From NCBI GenBank assembly GCA_900088475.1, contig FLMG01000057.1, positions 1-58,450 on the forward strand: a DNA stretch of 58,450 nucleotides. Direction: 5' to 3'. The position numbers were made by a program, and so were the translations under genes. The stretch comes from Hyphochytrium catenoides (taxonomy: Eukaryota; Protista; Hyphochytriomycota). This document shows positions 44,380 through 56,961 of this stretch, piece by piece. Position 1 is the first letter of the stretch; every line of letters starts with the position of its first letter. The notes under the pieces were generated by a model that ran no database searches, was not told where the DNA came from, and saw only the letters and a program-made list of their open reading frames with translations.

Positions 44380-46053
44380 CTAATGTGCCCTTGAGATCTC
44401 GCGGATTGCGGCGTTGATTTGGGTCCAAACGGAGTGAGCATCAATTTTTTCATTCTGTATACCCATGTACCCGGGCGAGTGGTAGGTCAGGCCCAGCCAC
44501 TTGCAGATATTATGATAGTGCCGATTATCAGGGGACCGGTCTCCATAGAAAACTTCTATGACATGGCCCCAGGAAGGCATCAGCAGCGCATACATCAGGG
44601 CGGCGCCATGGACTCCAACCAATATATCGGTCTCCCGAATCAGAGCAACTTGCGCACGGAAGTTGGTCATAGTCTCCGGCCTGAAGGTCACGACTTCCCA
44701 TCCCTCGGGGAGCTGTTCTCTGACAAACTGGAGGATCTCAGCCTCATTTGGGATCACCCGCTCAATGTGGCGCCCGCCAAAGTGCTGTCGACTAACCCAT
44801 GTAACTCTTCTTATCCTGTTTTCGTTAAGAGCGGAAAATTGTAGCCGCTTCTCCAAAAAATGCCGCAGACCGCGAAGTAAAGGGGAACTACAGACAGTAT
44901 TAGTCCCCACGCCAGGTCTCTGACTCAGGAGTGAGATTCCACCGTGCATGTTGAAGATGCTCTTTCGGAAGCAGGTGCCCGGAGGATACGGTTTATCTCT
45001 TATCCACCTCCCTCCATGGCCAAACATCAGCCCGTACACATCCCAGAGCTGATAACCCTTCGTCTTACCATCGTAAGCTATCAACTCAGCTTTTTCCGGG
45101 TCTTCCCCAAGGAGGAGCATAGTCTCAAACGCTGTGATGATATCTTCAGAAAAGTGGTAGAAGTTTGTAGCATCATATCTCTCCAGCCAGTAGACAGTAT
45201 GATTAACGTACTGCTTGCACCCTAGTCTTTGGTCTTCTGAAGCTTCCAAATTCTGCATAAAGGCTTTTACTGTGGACACCCATTGCTCCTGAGGAATCCA
45301 AGAGTACACCGTAGGGTCGCACTTTGCCGCTAAGATACCTCTCTTGGTCTTCATTTCGGTCGACTGGTTGAAGAACGGGCTCTGATACGTTAAGTAGGGT
45401 TCGTACGCCCGTACCGCTACGTTCTTGGCCACACAAAGAAGACGAGGGACGTCAAATGGGGATCTTCTGTAGCAGGTTAGCTGGCTGCCATGAACACTGG
45501 TACAAAGGTCCAACTTAGAGTTTCTCCACTTATGTATCATATCCATGCCATATTCCAGAGAGCAGGACCGTGCATGGTCAGACTGACCTGTCCGCTCATC
45601 CTCTTCCACAACAAACGTTACGGTTGCGTCCCACGCACTTGTAGGGGAAGATACTTTCGGTTCCGGCTGGGCAGCAGCCTCTGTCCCCGGAGCCATAGTA
45701 GTCATGGGTTTCCGGCCTCTCATAGCCGTGTTGCCAGTAGCAGCGGAACCTTTCCAGCCATCATCGCTCTGCTGTACAGTCCGGTCGATGGCTTTGGTAG
45801 CAACCTGGCCCATACCTTGCAGGAAGGTCTCGGTGTCTTGAACCGCTTTTGTGTTGATGTGATTGCATTCCACTTGGCCACTACTTTTATTGAAGACAAA
45901 GCTTACCAGTGTCGCGACGTTGAACAACACAGCGACGGTGGCGATGAGGCCCAGATAGCCTTTGGTACGACTAGAGCCACCCTTATCATACCTCTTTCTG
46001 CTGAGGACTAATCCTTCGTCGTCCTCTGTCCCTTTGAGTGGTCTATAACTCAT
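44380..46053 (-). CDS. Glycosyltransferase family 61 (EOGT/DUF563-like), type II membrane protein, intronless
   Basis: N-terminal TM (LGLIATVAVLFNVATLVSFVF), stem region, NFYHFSED, VTWVSRQ, QVALIRETDILVGVHGAALMYALLMPSWGHVIEVF and HYHNICKWLGLTY. Confidence 0.9.
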   Translation of the reverse strand: MSYRPLKGTEDDEGLVLSRKRYDKGGSSRTKGYLGLIATVAVLFNVATLVSFVFNKSSGQVECNHINTKAVQDTETFLQGMGQVATKAIDRTVQQSDDGWKGSAATGNTAMRGRKPMTTMAPGTEAAAQPEPKVSSPTSAWDATVTFVVEEDERTGQSDHARSCSLEYGMDMIHKWRNSKLDLCTSVHGSQLTCYRRSPFDVPRLLCVAKNVAVRAYEPYLTYQSPFFNQSTEMKTKRGILAAKCDPTVYSWIPQEQWVSTVKAFMQNLEASEDQRLGCKQYVNHTVYWLERYDATNFYHFSEDIITAFETMLLLGEDPEKAELIAYDGKTKGYQLWDVYGLMFGHGGRWIRDKPYPPGTCFRKSIFNMHGGISLLSQRPGVGTNTVCSSPLLRGLRHFLEKRLQFSALNENRIRRVTWVSRQHFGGRHIERVIPNEAEILQFVREQLPEGWEVVTFRPETMTNFRAQVALIRETDILVGVHGAALMYALLMPSWGHVIEVFYGDRSPDNRHYHNICKWLGLTYHSPGYMGIQNEKIDAHSVWTQINAAIREISRAH

Positions 46054-47854
46054 TATACGTAGAGATATACAATGAGCCTGGGGAAGTGGAGAGTATCCGT
46101 CCCTCTTTCGCTCTTCTTGAAGAGGAGATTGAGAAAAGACGGCAACCCCTACGCTGCTGCCACTGGCTCTCCTAACAACCAGTAAGCGAGGAGCACTTAT
46201 AAGTGTAACCAGTGTGCGCCGAGGGTTAAAATGAGGACAAGACGTTCCAGATAAACCGATTGCGCGAGTGCGCTCAACCCAGATATCTTTGGGTCAAATC
46301 GACATCTGCCCAAACAAAGGATGATTTTGGGGCTGCCTTGTTGCTCTGATAACGCGACGCGGTAGTAGGAATGGTAGAGCCTTCTAGGCCGAAAGCCTGT
46401 GCTTAGTCAGGGCAGCATGCAGATGCTTAGTAGTAGGCCCGAGCATGGAGTAGAGTAGTATCAATATAGCTGTCGACTGTACAGCGACCGGAGTGGTCAC
46501 CACCTATTGGTACTCATGCGGCCAGGTAGTAGAGTCCACGCAGCAATCAATTGTTAGACGTCGTAGGCTGGCCAAGAACCTCTGCCTACTTGCTGAGGAG
46601 CTTCCAGGATCTTGAGTGTCTTCAATCATGTCCGCCACTACTACCACCACCGTTTCCCTCTCTCTATTTCACAGCTTATCTGACAAGTAGGACCCAGATC
46701 CATCCCGAAAATGTCGACGTCTCTTTGAGTGACTTATCAGATGTCAGACCCTTGTCCATAAATAAACCCAGTGGACAGATGGACAAGAATCCGTGGGCCA
46801 TGGATGGGAGAACGAGCGGACAACGAAGAACAGCTAGCTCTAGAACCTGTAGAACTACGAGTACTGAAGAAGCCTGAAACACCTCTCTATTTCATGAACT
46901 ATTTCACAGATAACCGCCTTGGATTCCGCATGATAACACTTAACAATCCACGGATCCCGGATAATGAGACGTGTCTCTGAAGGTACTGTTCGCGTTCCGT
47001 TCCTGTCTCTCATCGCTCACAGCTTCTACATTATAATAAAGGGGTAAAAGGAGATCTGGGAGACTCGATCAGTGGACAGGCAGTTGTACTACTAAGAAAT
47101 GGTTTCACTTGACAGATGCGGTGCCAAGGTGCCAGATGCCGGAGATACTCGCGAAGATCACTGCTGCGGGTCGGTCGTTCTCTGTCTCAGCCGTTATGCT
47201 GTCCGGCACGAAGCCTGCCCTCATTAGGCGTCATCGGCTTAGCCACAAAGTAGCTGTATGGTGTTATCACAAACGCTTACCGTCCATAGCTAGAACAACT
47301 TCTTTCATCCGCCAACTTCTTTCATCCGTCAGCAGTAGAGCTGTGGCTCCTACTAGCTATTTATCAACGATCATCAAGGCAAGACAGCACCAAGAAGAAG
47401 CAAATAGGAGCAAAACTTGCCGATCCATCTACACATAGGACCCAGAGCTCACCGGAGCGGCTTATCCTTGCTTCCATCTTGCCGCACAAGAGCAGGATCA
47501 GGCTGCTTAGGAACATACGTTTGATCGAGAATGCCCAACGTTTTCAAGTAGGACAGTGCAGATAGAGTTGAGCCGTGATATGAGACAACTTTGACGAGGG
47601 CAGGCAGCGGGACTTCGCCGAGTAAGAGCAGAACCCTTGACAAAAATCAGTAATCATGATCAGGAGCTACTTCCATGCTATTATGCTGCAGCCAATAGAG
47701 CAACTTTCTACATAGACCAGCTCGCCTTCCAAGAGCTGCGTAGCTGAAACTATCTACCTGCTTGATCATGCTCTGCTAATAAGGACGAATTCCGCCTTTC
47801 ATGACTTCATTGAGCGACCAAGTAACAATCTTAGAGCACATCCGTGTAACGACC

Positions 47855-49890
47855 CTATGAACTGCTTCCTTCTTCCTCTTTCTTCTCTTCTGATGGCGCA
47901 CTTAGGGCTGGAAAATTGCGTAGCCTCAATGGTGCGACCTTTGGCGGCTGGGTTTGCTGTCTTTGACTTTTGGGATTTAGCTTTGGCGCAGTCAGGCAAG
48001 CACAAATAGCCGTCAGTGCAGCGCTAGCCGTGTCAAACTCCACCACAGCTAGAACAGCAGAAGGAGAATATAAGCTCTCTTCTTCGTGATCCGCAGAAAC
48101 TGGTAAAGATAGCCCTGATGATGCCTCGCTGGACGTCGTTACCCTAGCTTCGTCTTCTTCCTCTCCTCTCATATCTGTCTTGGCATCTGTTCTCTCAAGA
48201 GTCGGGACGAGCGGGTGATCTATCGTATCTGCGTCAATAACCTCGGCTTTCAGAACAAGCCCAAACTGAGAGAAGTAGTGCCCGATGCTGTCAACATCCG
48301 GCCATTCCCGAGGCATGTCCCACACTAGAACACTGCGATCTATGGAGAATTGGCGGTAGGTCTGGCGCGATTCCTCTGGGCGCCTTCTAACCATGGTACC
48401 ATCCATGCTGAGCTCCACTTCATGTGACGGTCGGAGAGCTAGTTGAAGCAGGGAGTAGCAATCGCTTGATCTTGCAACTCTTCGGATGCCCCGCATAGCC
48501 GCCAGCAGCCTTAGATCCACTGCTTTGTTCCAAGCAGGAAGAACGACATTCGGCACAGCCACAGAGGATACGTTAGATTTCTTGGGAGCCGATAAGCGAC
48601 AGTAGGGCACATATATGAACGTCAGCAATAGATATAGGTGAAGCCCAATGCTAGAGCTGCAGGGATATCTGCAAGACACCCGTCTGGAAACAGAGAAAGA
48701 GAATCCCCCCAGGAGGTGAAGGGAACAGAGACAGAGCATTAAGACTTCTTTCCATGGCCAGCCTGAGAGCGATAGAAAGTAGCGGAGTTAAGCTAGTCAC
48801 GCTGACTCACCGAACCCATGATCGTCCATCTCTTCAGCCAGCAGGGCGCCGACGCCTGTGTTCTGATCTTTAAAGTAGCCTTCGACATGGTGTCGAACTG
48901 AAGCTTCCGCAGAGAAATGGCGCTTCTGGCTGCTTTTCCCGCCACTTGCCTCTTTGAAGCTACTGTCTCGGTGCTCCACGAGAGAGCCCGAGAAGGAAAA
49001 GGCTTCAGCATCTCGAGAGTCTTCTGATGCTGTGAAGGCTACCCTCCGGTCATGCTGTCCAGCATCTTCCTCTGTCGTCGCATTTGGTAGGGGTGAAGAG
49101 AAGGAGGACACTTGGGTGCCAATAGATGAAGCCTATGCCACAACAGGCCCAGAAACATGGTTGTCGCTTGTTAGTGAAGTCTCGGATAGGGTAGGAAGTG
49201 AAGAAGAGAACGTGAAAACGATTAACACGAGGGCACCACGAGCACGAGGAACGCTTGACGGTGTACATTGAACGAAGACTGAGGGCATGAGAACGAAGAG
49301 GACGAAGGAGTGATATTTGGCGTCCATCTAGAGCGCCACAGGAGAGAAAGAAAGAGAAAGTGAGAACTAGAGCCCAAGTCTATATGGAAGAGAGAGCTGA
49401 AGCTCATTGGTAAATATACCTGAGAGCCTGAAACCTCTTCTCTACCAAGATCTGTCGCACCCCTTCCGGTCCCAGAACTTCTGGAGCTTCCCGACGGTCT
49501 GGAGGAAGACGACGAGGCGCTAGGACTCAATCCAGCCCTTGTGACTGTCCTTTGTAGCCAACTGGAGGGCCGAACTTTCCGCAAAAAGAGCTGCACCTTC
49601 TCTCTTGACCCGCGAGGTGTGCCAGTAGCTGCACTTGAGGCCCTACTACCAGCAGAGAGAAATGATGCAGATCTGGCTCTATTTCTGGCAGTAGGAGTGC
49701 TGCTAATGAAGTCAACCTCAGCTTCGGCGACGTGTCGTTGGTCTCTTTCACGGAATCGTGCCACTATCGAGTCCCAAATGGTCCCTTCTTCCTCTTTATC
49801 ACTCTGAGTGTCGCTCTGCTCCTCAGCGGCTTTCCTAGCCTTGTGGAGACGGGCCTGATCATAATAATAGTTTTCAGAGCGTGTACCCAT
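47855..49890 (-). CDS. La-related protein (La motif + RRM), multi-exon; ends uncertain
   Basis: VRHHVEGYFKDQN...LLAEEMDDHGF-VDLRLLAAMRGIRRV...LQLALRPSHEVELSMDGTMVRRRP (La HTH), then DRSVLVWDMP...IGHYFSQFGLV...AVVEFDT (RRM); Ser/Arg-rich N-terminus. Confidence 0.7.
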
Positions 49891-51184
49891 CTGCAATGCT
49901 GAGGGAGAGAGGGCTATAGGGCTATAGCAACCTCCTATTGCTCGCAATCGACGCAGGTGGCTTCATCCAGCATGAGAGGAGTATACTCCTAGCACACAAT
50001 AGGAACCTTTAACAGGAAGCTACCACGCTCAAGGACGCCATTAAGCTCTGGCAATCTTCGGGATGTAGTTCTACAGAGGTGGAGGCGAGAATTCCTCTCT
50101 TTCTCAGGCCGAGAACAGATAATGATGTTCACTGATCTGCAGACGATGTTGTTTGGCTTTCTGCAGCAATACTTGGCAGTGCTTGGCGCTTGTGATAGGC
50201 TTTGTGCTTCCTTCCTCCCATTCTCTCGTTCTCTACCTCGTTCTCCCTTTGCACGGAGGAGCCTTAGGATTTTCCGTCGCCATGATAGGCTGCGCAGCTT
50301 CAGGCTTCCCCATTTCTTGTCGCTTGAAGAGAGTGTTCTTCCCCCCGCTCCACTCTCTGAGTGCTCTTTCCACCTATCACACCTGCTTCTGTTCCTCTGT
50401 CTTCCATCCGTCCTCTGCAGTAATAACTCCATCACTTCGTGCTGCTATTCCCTTCGCTGGCTTTGTCCTTCTCTCCCGATGCTCCTGCCCTCCCTCTACT
50501 CTGCCGCTCTTCCCCTCAGATCCTTACCATCCGGGCCCTTGTCCATAGTGGCGAGGCACTAAAGAACTCGGTTGGTTCGCTGCTGTCCGCGATGATGGCG
50601 GCGCGGCCAAAAGGACAAGAAAAAGCGGGTTCATCATGCGAATCATGGCGGCGGTTCTGATTCCTAGTGTAGCCGTTAGCGGTATAAAGGACGCTCGCTT
50701 TAACGGCCATAACGGCTCTAAAGCGCGGGTGGTCGGTGGCGCATCTTTCTGAAGCGTTATCTTTCGGTCTTCTTCTTTCCTTCATCAGGGTCAGTCAGTG
50801 ATGATGATGAAGCTTCGGCGGACGAGGGGTCATCGTAGGGGCAAGAGGATGGCAAGAGGAAGGAAGCAGCAGGCCAAACGCTTGGACGTCTGAGAGGCTG
50901 ATACTAGCGAAGGAAGGAGACAGGGAGTTTAGAAGGGAAGCTCCAGGCACAAGCGCATTTAGCTACCGATTCGACAGCCAGTTCGTGGCAGGGCGAGAGA
51001 TAGTAGAGACAGAAAGGAATATTGTCCCTGCGCTACTTGCTTCAGGTAGTTGGCGAGACGCGGATGCCCTAGTCGAGCGTCGAGACAGCGGCAGACCTGA
51101 GAAGCATACAAGGCCGTAGATATAGAAGGTTATGGAGCTCAGGATCGTATGAACGAAGTGTGAAGCCAGGTTCTCGTTGCCATC

Positions 51185-53673
51185 ATGACTTCTGCCGCTG
51201 TAGACAACAAGTCTAGTCGCTCCTACCTCATCCAGTTCGCTCACCGCCATCTAGACTTTCGCATCCCTGAACTGGAAGCAGTGCTGACGTTGCTAGGAGT
51301 GAACCCGTCTGAGTGCTTCGATCGAGCTAAAATTGACCTCGACAACCCCTTCCTAGAGGTACGTGCCTTTATATAGCTAGTTGAGAGTTTGCCATGTCTT
51401 AGGCTATGAACAGGTTCGTCTCCCAAATGATGACGCAGCACGGTTTGTGTCTCAGCGGGGAGTGCTCGTAAAGGCAGTTTACGAGCTATGGGGAAGCGGA
51501 AGAAATTATGATCAGGTAGGTGGTGACTTCCTCTTTATGACTGCTTCACTCTCGGTCGTATCATGTTCCTGTTCTTTCTCCCACTCTTAGACTCTTTCTT
51601 TATCTTCAACGTTCGACCCCTCTCTAGCTTTATCCGCAGCATCACCTCGCATTGATAGATAGGGTCTAAGCGTGTTATATGGGCAGTAGTTGCGGCAGTC
51701 GATAGCCAGCTTTGATGAAGAACTCAAGCGACAATGCTTTGATAGGACGAAGTCCTGGAAAATCAATGTTGATGCTTTTGGTAGCAGCCTCAGCAGCAGT
51801 GCGCAACAAGAGCGCAGACAGAACCTTGTTGACGGTAATACGCTTTCTTTCTATATCGTCAAGGGTTGCCCCGCAAGGACTAAGTTCTCTCGTCTCTTCC
51901 CGATTTTGCCATCTTTTTCGCACATGGGTTCACTTGTCGTTGGGCTCCATCTATTCCCACAAAGTTCTTCGTTTCCAGGGTCCGGTAAATTTGAAGGCTC
52001 CTGATAATCTCTTCTGGATCTTTGAAGTCTTTGAGCACACTAGCGGCGAGCTCTCCATGGCCTCCCCAGACTTTACCACGGATGCCCCTAAAAAGTCGGA
52101 CTTGTCCAGCTCCGAGCCTCGGGCAATCTATTTCTTGCGAACCATTTCAGGCAGCAGTCGTAGGCACATCTCAAGAGGTGGTGCGCGGGGTATTATCGAT
52201 AAACAAACGCTGAAGAAACGACGATACTTGGGGCCAACTTCTATGGACACCGAGCTGTCATTGCTCATGGTCGGTGCCCTCTAGAGATCTGAGATCGTTC
52301 CCTTATCTTGGTCCTTTTAGCCTTGCGATGATTACGCCTTGCTCTTGTTCGCTCCCTCTCTTGCGTCGTGGGATTCGCTCTCCTAACTCCGCCTCTCTAT
52401 GTATCTCTCTGTTGTCAGGCCAATCAAGCGTTGGTAACATCAAACTCAATCGTTCTGGATCCCTTTGCTGGGACGGGAAGCATCCTGATTGCCTGTAGCA
52501 CCTTCGGAGCCCAATTAGCTTGCGGGACTGATATTGACATCCGCGTATTACGAGGAAAGAAAGGCGTCAACATCTTCTCTAACTTTCAGCAGTACAATCT
52601 TTCTCGCCCCGATATCATCCGCTGCGATAACTCCAGACCTCCATACAAGCAGCGACCCTTATTTGACGCCATTGTATGCGATCCGCCATATGGCATCCGG
52701 GCAGGGGCTAGGAAGTCTGGCTCTCGACGCTCAGGTACCAGAGTCAACACCCATCTAACTTTTAACTTTAGTGATACCTCCAAGGCGTAACTCTCTGGAG
52801 AGTGCAATCGGCCGCCTTCTACTATAGGGATCTATTTCTTGGCAGTGGGCATTTGTCTAATGATCATGTCCCTATAGTGGTGCAGACTATCGAGGAGAAG
52901 CATCTCGAGGGTCACATTCCTCAGACACAGCCCTATCCTGCGGAGGAGGTGATGATGGACCTCATAAAGTTGGCAGCTAGAGTGCTAAATAAAGGGGGCC
53001 GCCTCGTGTATGTGCTGCCCTGCACCTACGACTTCAAGACTGAAGAGCTGCCCACTCATCCATGTCTGGAGGTATGTCTCACGGCAGTGAGATTCCGAAG
53101 CATGTCCTCTTTCTCTCTTTATCTTGCGAGGCTCTCTTTAGGTTAACGCGCACGCCGCCTTCCCATCTACTATTGGCACTAAGCCGTTCATAGTGCTTAA
53201 CGCAACATGGGGAGACTTGTGTGCTTGATATCTAGGCTGCCAGCGGCACCCTTCATCAGTGTTTGCGCCAACCGCCTCCCACGGGGGGCTGGCACCTTTC
53301 CTCCGATTCCCTGGGTCACTTTGCCTCTTTCTTCGTCATTTTTAATGTTCTTCTCAGGTCGTAGCCAACAGTATGCAACCTATGACGACCAGAATAGGGC
53401 GAAGAATCATAACGATGGAGAAGGTCGTGGATTATGATGAGGATAAAGAACAGAGTGGAGAGTACGCACGAAAGCTCGAGTCTTCGTACGTCTCGTTTGC
53501 CAACCTCAGGGAAAAGCTGGAGATGGGTGACTGGGCCGAGACAGAAACAAAAGCCAAGGTAAGATCTGCAAGCCACAGCGCCTCAGCTTAATAAGCTGAC
53601 ACTTGTGCCTATGGATTTAGGCTGGAAAGAAGATAAGAGTCCCTGTGAGACCCCCGGACCATTCCACAGCTGA
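51185..53673 (+). CDS. TRM11: tRNA (guanine(10)-N2)-methyltransferase TRM11, multi-exon
   Basis: YLIQFAHRHLDFRIPELEA, VKAVYELWG, FQGPVNLKAPD, RRYLGPTSMDTELSLLM-ANQA, VLDPFAGTGSIL, GTDID, FDAIVCDPPYGIRAG, GGRLVYVLP. Last exon (to 53673) is tentative; alternative stop at 53591. Confidence 0.93.
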
Positions 53674-53830
53674 TCAGAGCAGCAGCAGCTAACGGCGCAA
53701 GACTGTAAGAGTGCTAGCGAGAGATAGCAATGTCCGTGCAGAAAGCGCTTGAGCGGGCAATATCATGAAAGTGAGGTGGCTCTTCTAGAGCTAACGTCCT
53801 AGGTTGCCCAGCACCATAGAGGAGAAGCAG

Positions 53831-56528
53831 TCAACTGGCGAGATCTGCCGCAACTTTATAAGTACGAGCGGTTCGTTCCTCTTGTCCTTGGTCCTTGTGA
53901 GAGGCTAAGGGAGGTTGGACAGGAGCTGAAGCACTTTGATCTGAGAGCCGATGCTCTGGAAAAGGTTTATCCTCCTTTTCGACTGAGAGAGAGAGCTGCT
54001 CTAACTCAGCAAGCAAGGATTCTTCTGAAATATCTGCGACAGATGCTGCTACAGGCTCTGAAGTCACTATTAGCTGAATGTAAGCTGCTACTAAGACAAT
54101 GAGCTTCTGACCTGCAAGGACATTGCCTATGCTCTCTTGTTCCTCCATGTACTCAGAAAGCTTTGCTTGTAGATCCTCTACGTGCTCTAGTGTCGGAGTT
54201 GCTTGTCGTAGTGATTTCATTGTGTCATAAGCAAGCGTGTAGGCGGCAGCAATCTGATGGGGAAAGCATGGATGACGGAAGACAGAATCAGTGAAAAATC
54301 GAGAAGGAGCAGCTCTGGAAAGTTCTGAACCCTACCTCTCGATCAACAAACATCTTGGCTATCTGATGGAGCACCGTCTCCACATTATCTAGCAGTGGCT
54401 GCAAATGGCTGATACTTTCCTGAAGCCTGCGTCCGCAAAGGCAAAGAGAGTTCTCACTCAATAGAACCGACTGCAAGAGCCTCTGGCTGTAGAAAAATCT
54501 CACCTCTTGGCTTTCTTCGCATGCATGAGGGCCATTTGTCGATTGTTCTGAGCAAGCTCTTTCTTAGCCCGATGTTTGGCTGCCTTCATCTACAGATCAC
54601 AAGCCGTCAAAATTAAATGATGGCGACATTTGTGCCTTTCCTGTCTGCATTACCTGCTGGTTGACTCTCATCATCCGCTCCTCTAAAGTGCGAGCAAGCC
54701 TTCGTAGCTGGAATACGTTGGCTTCATCCTCCGTGACGACTTTCTTCTCAGCAGTCTCTGAACTCCGAAGAGCAACGACCTAATCAAACAATCCCTTTTT
54801 TAAGCCTTGGTATGGAAACCGAGAGGACACTGTCCTCCGGATACCTTCCCGTTGGACCTCACTCTACCCTGACGTATGAGGTGTCTTAGGACAAGGCTCA
54901 ACTGCTTCTCAGGCAAAGCCGGTACTTTCTCAGAGCTATTTTTGCCACCTTCAATAGCGCTCTTTGCAATATCTCCGAAGGTAATGGGGGCACCTGGAAG
55001 ATTGGCAGATGAGAGCAGAAGTGCCATGATGCAGTGCATAAGGATTGTGAGACAAAGAGGGAGAGCACCGCCAGGGCAGAGGGGGCGGAAAAGAGAAAGA
55101 AGGGAGAGAAGACAGGAGAGGGCAAGTGAGTAAGTTGGAGGTTATAAAGACCTAGAAAGGGGACGGTGAAGGCCAACCCAAAACACGAACAAGACAGGAC
55201 ACCAGCCAGTTCGAGCAATCTAGTGAGCCTGACAGAGGGGGCAGGCGGACTACAGTCAAGATAAACGTCACGCGCTTAGAGAAGACGCTCCGACCATGAT
55301 GGGCATTCTCAGTACACTGGACGTCTAGGCTAACCAATCCGTCTGGCATTCCAAGGACAAGCCAGCGCTGATAGATTTGCTCCGAGAGGTCCTCCAAGCG
55401 TGGTAGGATTAGGAACTCCGTTGTATCACTTAGCGATTGGGCCACTGCCTAAAGCAAAAGAATCGTCAGCTAAGGCAGGCAGAAGACGCTAAGCAAACAT
55501 ATGAGGACAGCTCACATCATCGTCCTCAGTGGGACCAAGGTAGCGAGCATGAACGCCTCTCACAGCAGCGCCCAGCGCTCTTCGTATCCAGCTGTCCCAG
55601 GGTAAGATACAGTGGCGAGGAAAGGCACAAAAAAAGTTACAGAGAGTACAGATGAGAGACAGGCAGAAAGAGAGATAAAGGAGGAGGAGAGAGAGAGAGA
55701 GAGAGAGAACAAGGAGGAGGAGAAGAGAGAGAGAGAGAGAGAAAAAGGAGAGAGAAAGAAAGAACGCGCGCGCCGGAGAGAGCGAGAGAGAGAGAGAGAG
55801 AGAAGGAGAGAGAGATTAGAGGAAAGCAAGACATAGAGAGCGAAAAGGGGAGAAAGAGAAAGAAAAAGGAAGGGGATGTTAGCATGATAGCAGATTATTG
55901 GTCTTATGGCTCTCAAATAGAAAAAAGCATCAGAAGGGCTGTCCTACAGACCTTTGCGAGAGCTGTGACTCCCTAGCTCGGGCCTCCTCCTCCAGCTGCT
56001 TCTCTGTCCGCAAGAAGCCTGTTCTGTTTAGATGAATCTGCGTGGTATAGAGTCAGAGAACTAAACCTACACGACAAGGAGAGAGAGCGCTATGTCTCTC
56101 TTTCTTACCAGAACACCATCAAGACCAAGCGGACTAATGCCGTTCCTGGTGAAAGTTTGTCTCAGAGAGCGCAGCGTAAGGGTCAGGACCGGGCAATTAG
56201 CTTCTTCTTCATTTCCACTCAGACAGTCCGTAGCGTTGGATTTCTTCCCAGCTCGTGCCCATTGTCCTTGACTATATATGGTGATAGCGCTCGTCCAAAA
56301 CCTTAGCATATCTGCAGCCGCCTCTTCATCCTGCCAGGGGAAGGCGGAGAACAGCCCATTTATGCGCGTATCATCGGCCCATTGCCCCATCACACCGTCC
56401 TTCAACTCCTCAGCCACGGAGGCTTGCGGTCTAGCACCATCATGAAGCTCAGATCCTGCCGATGGGAACGAGGAGGAAGAAACCGATGGGCTCGATCGCT
56501 TGGGTGCCGATTGAGATGAAAGAGCCAT
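53831..56528 (-). CDS. CHMP7: CHMP7/Cmp7 ESCRT-II/III hybrid protein, multi-exon
   Basis: N-terminal winged-helix part (W.DDTRINGLFSAF...MLRFWTSAI; LRQTFTRNGISPLGLDGVL) and Snf7-like C-terminus (KKELAQNNRQMALMHAKKAKR, LDNVETVLHQI, EHVEDLQAKLSEYMEEQESIGNVL, EESLLAELEQL). Confidence 0.85.
55660..55870. repeat. (GA)n-rich tract in CHMP7 intron
   Basis: gagagagagagagag... directly visible. Confidence 0.85.
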
Positions 56529-56961
56529 AGCTCCAACTGAACAGCATAGACAATGCTCTATCGAGTGGCCCCTGGGAGCTTTGATCTACATGCTCACTTA
56601 TCTTTATGGAGCGCTATGTGCTAGTAGAAGTATCACTCGAGGCGCCTCGCAAAGACAGCTCAGAGGCTGCTATTCTCTACAATCCGGCTTCTGCCCTCTC
56701 TACCCAGTGTCCTGCTCTAGAATAGCACTCGTCAAGCCCATGGATTGCTCCTCTGACAACGGCTGAGGAAGGCCCAGCGGGCGCTGGTTGGCACTCAGGT
56801 GGCAAGAAGAAGAGCTTCTCATCTGCCGTTCGGTTGTTCGGTTGCCTTTATAACTTGGTCCTCCGTTCAACAACTTCAGGAAAGTTCCAGTCCCACAGAT
56901 CCCAAAGAGTGGCTAACGTCCCCTTAATCCTAATATTCATGACTAGATCTGCCGTTAGCGG

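Noticed and set aside
46300-47800. Short ORFs between the GT61 and La-related genes
   Set aside because: They may contain exons (e.g. 47449-47643 on -), but no consistent gene model or family could be built
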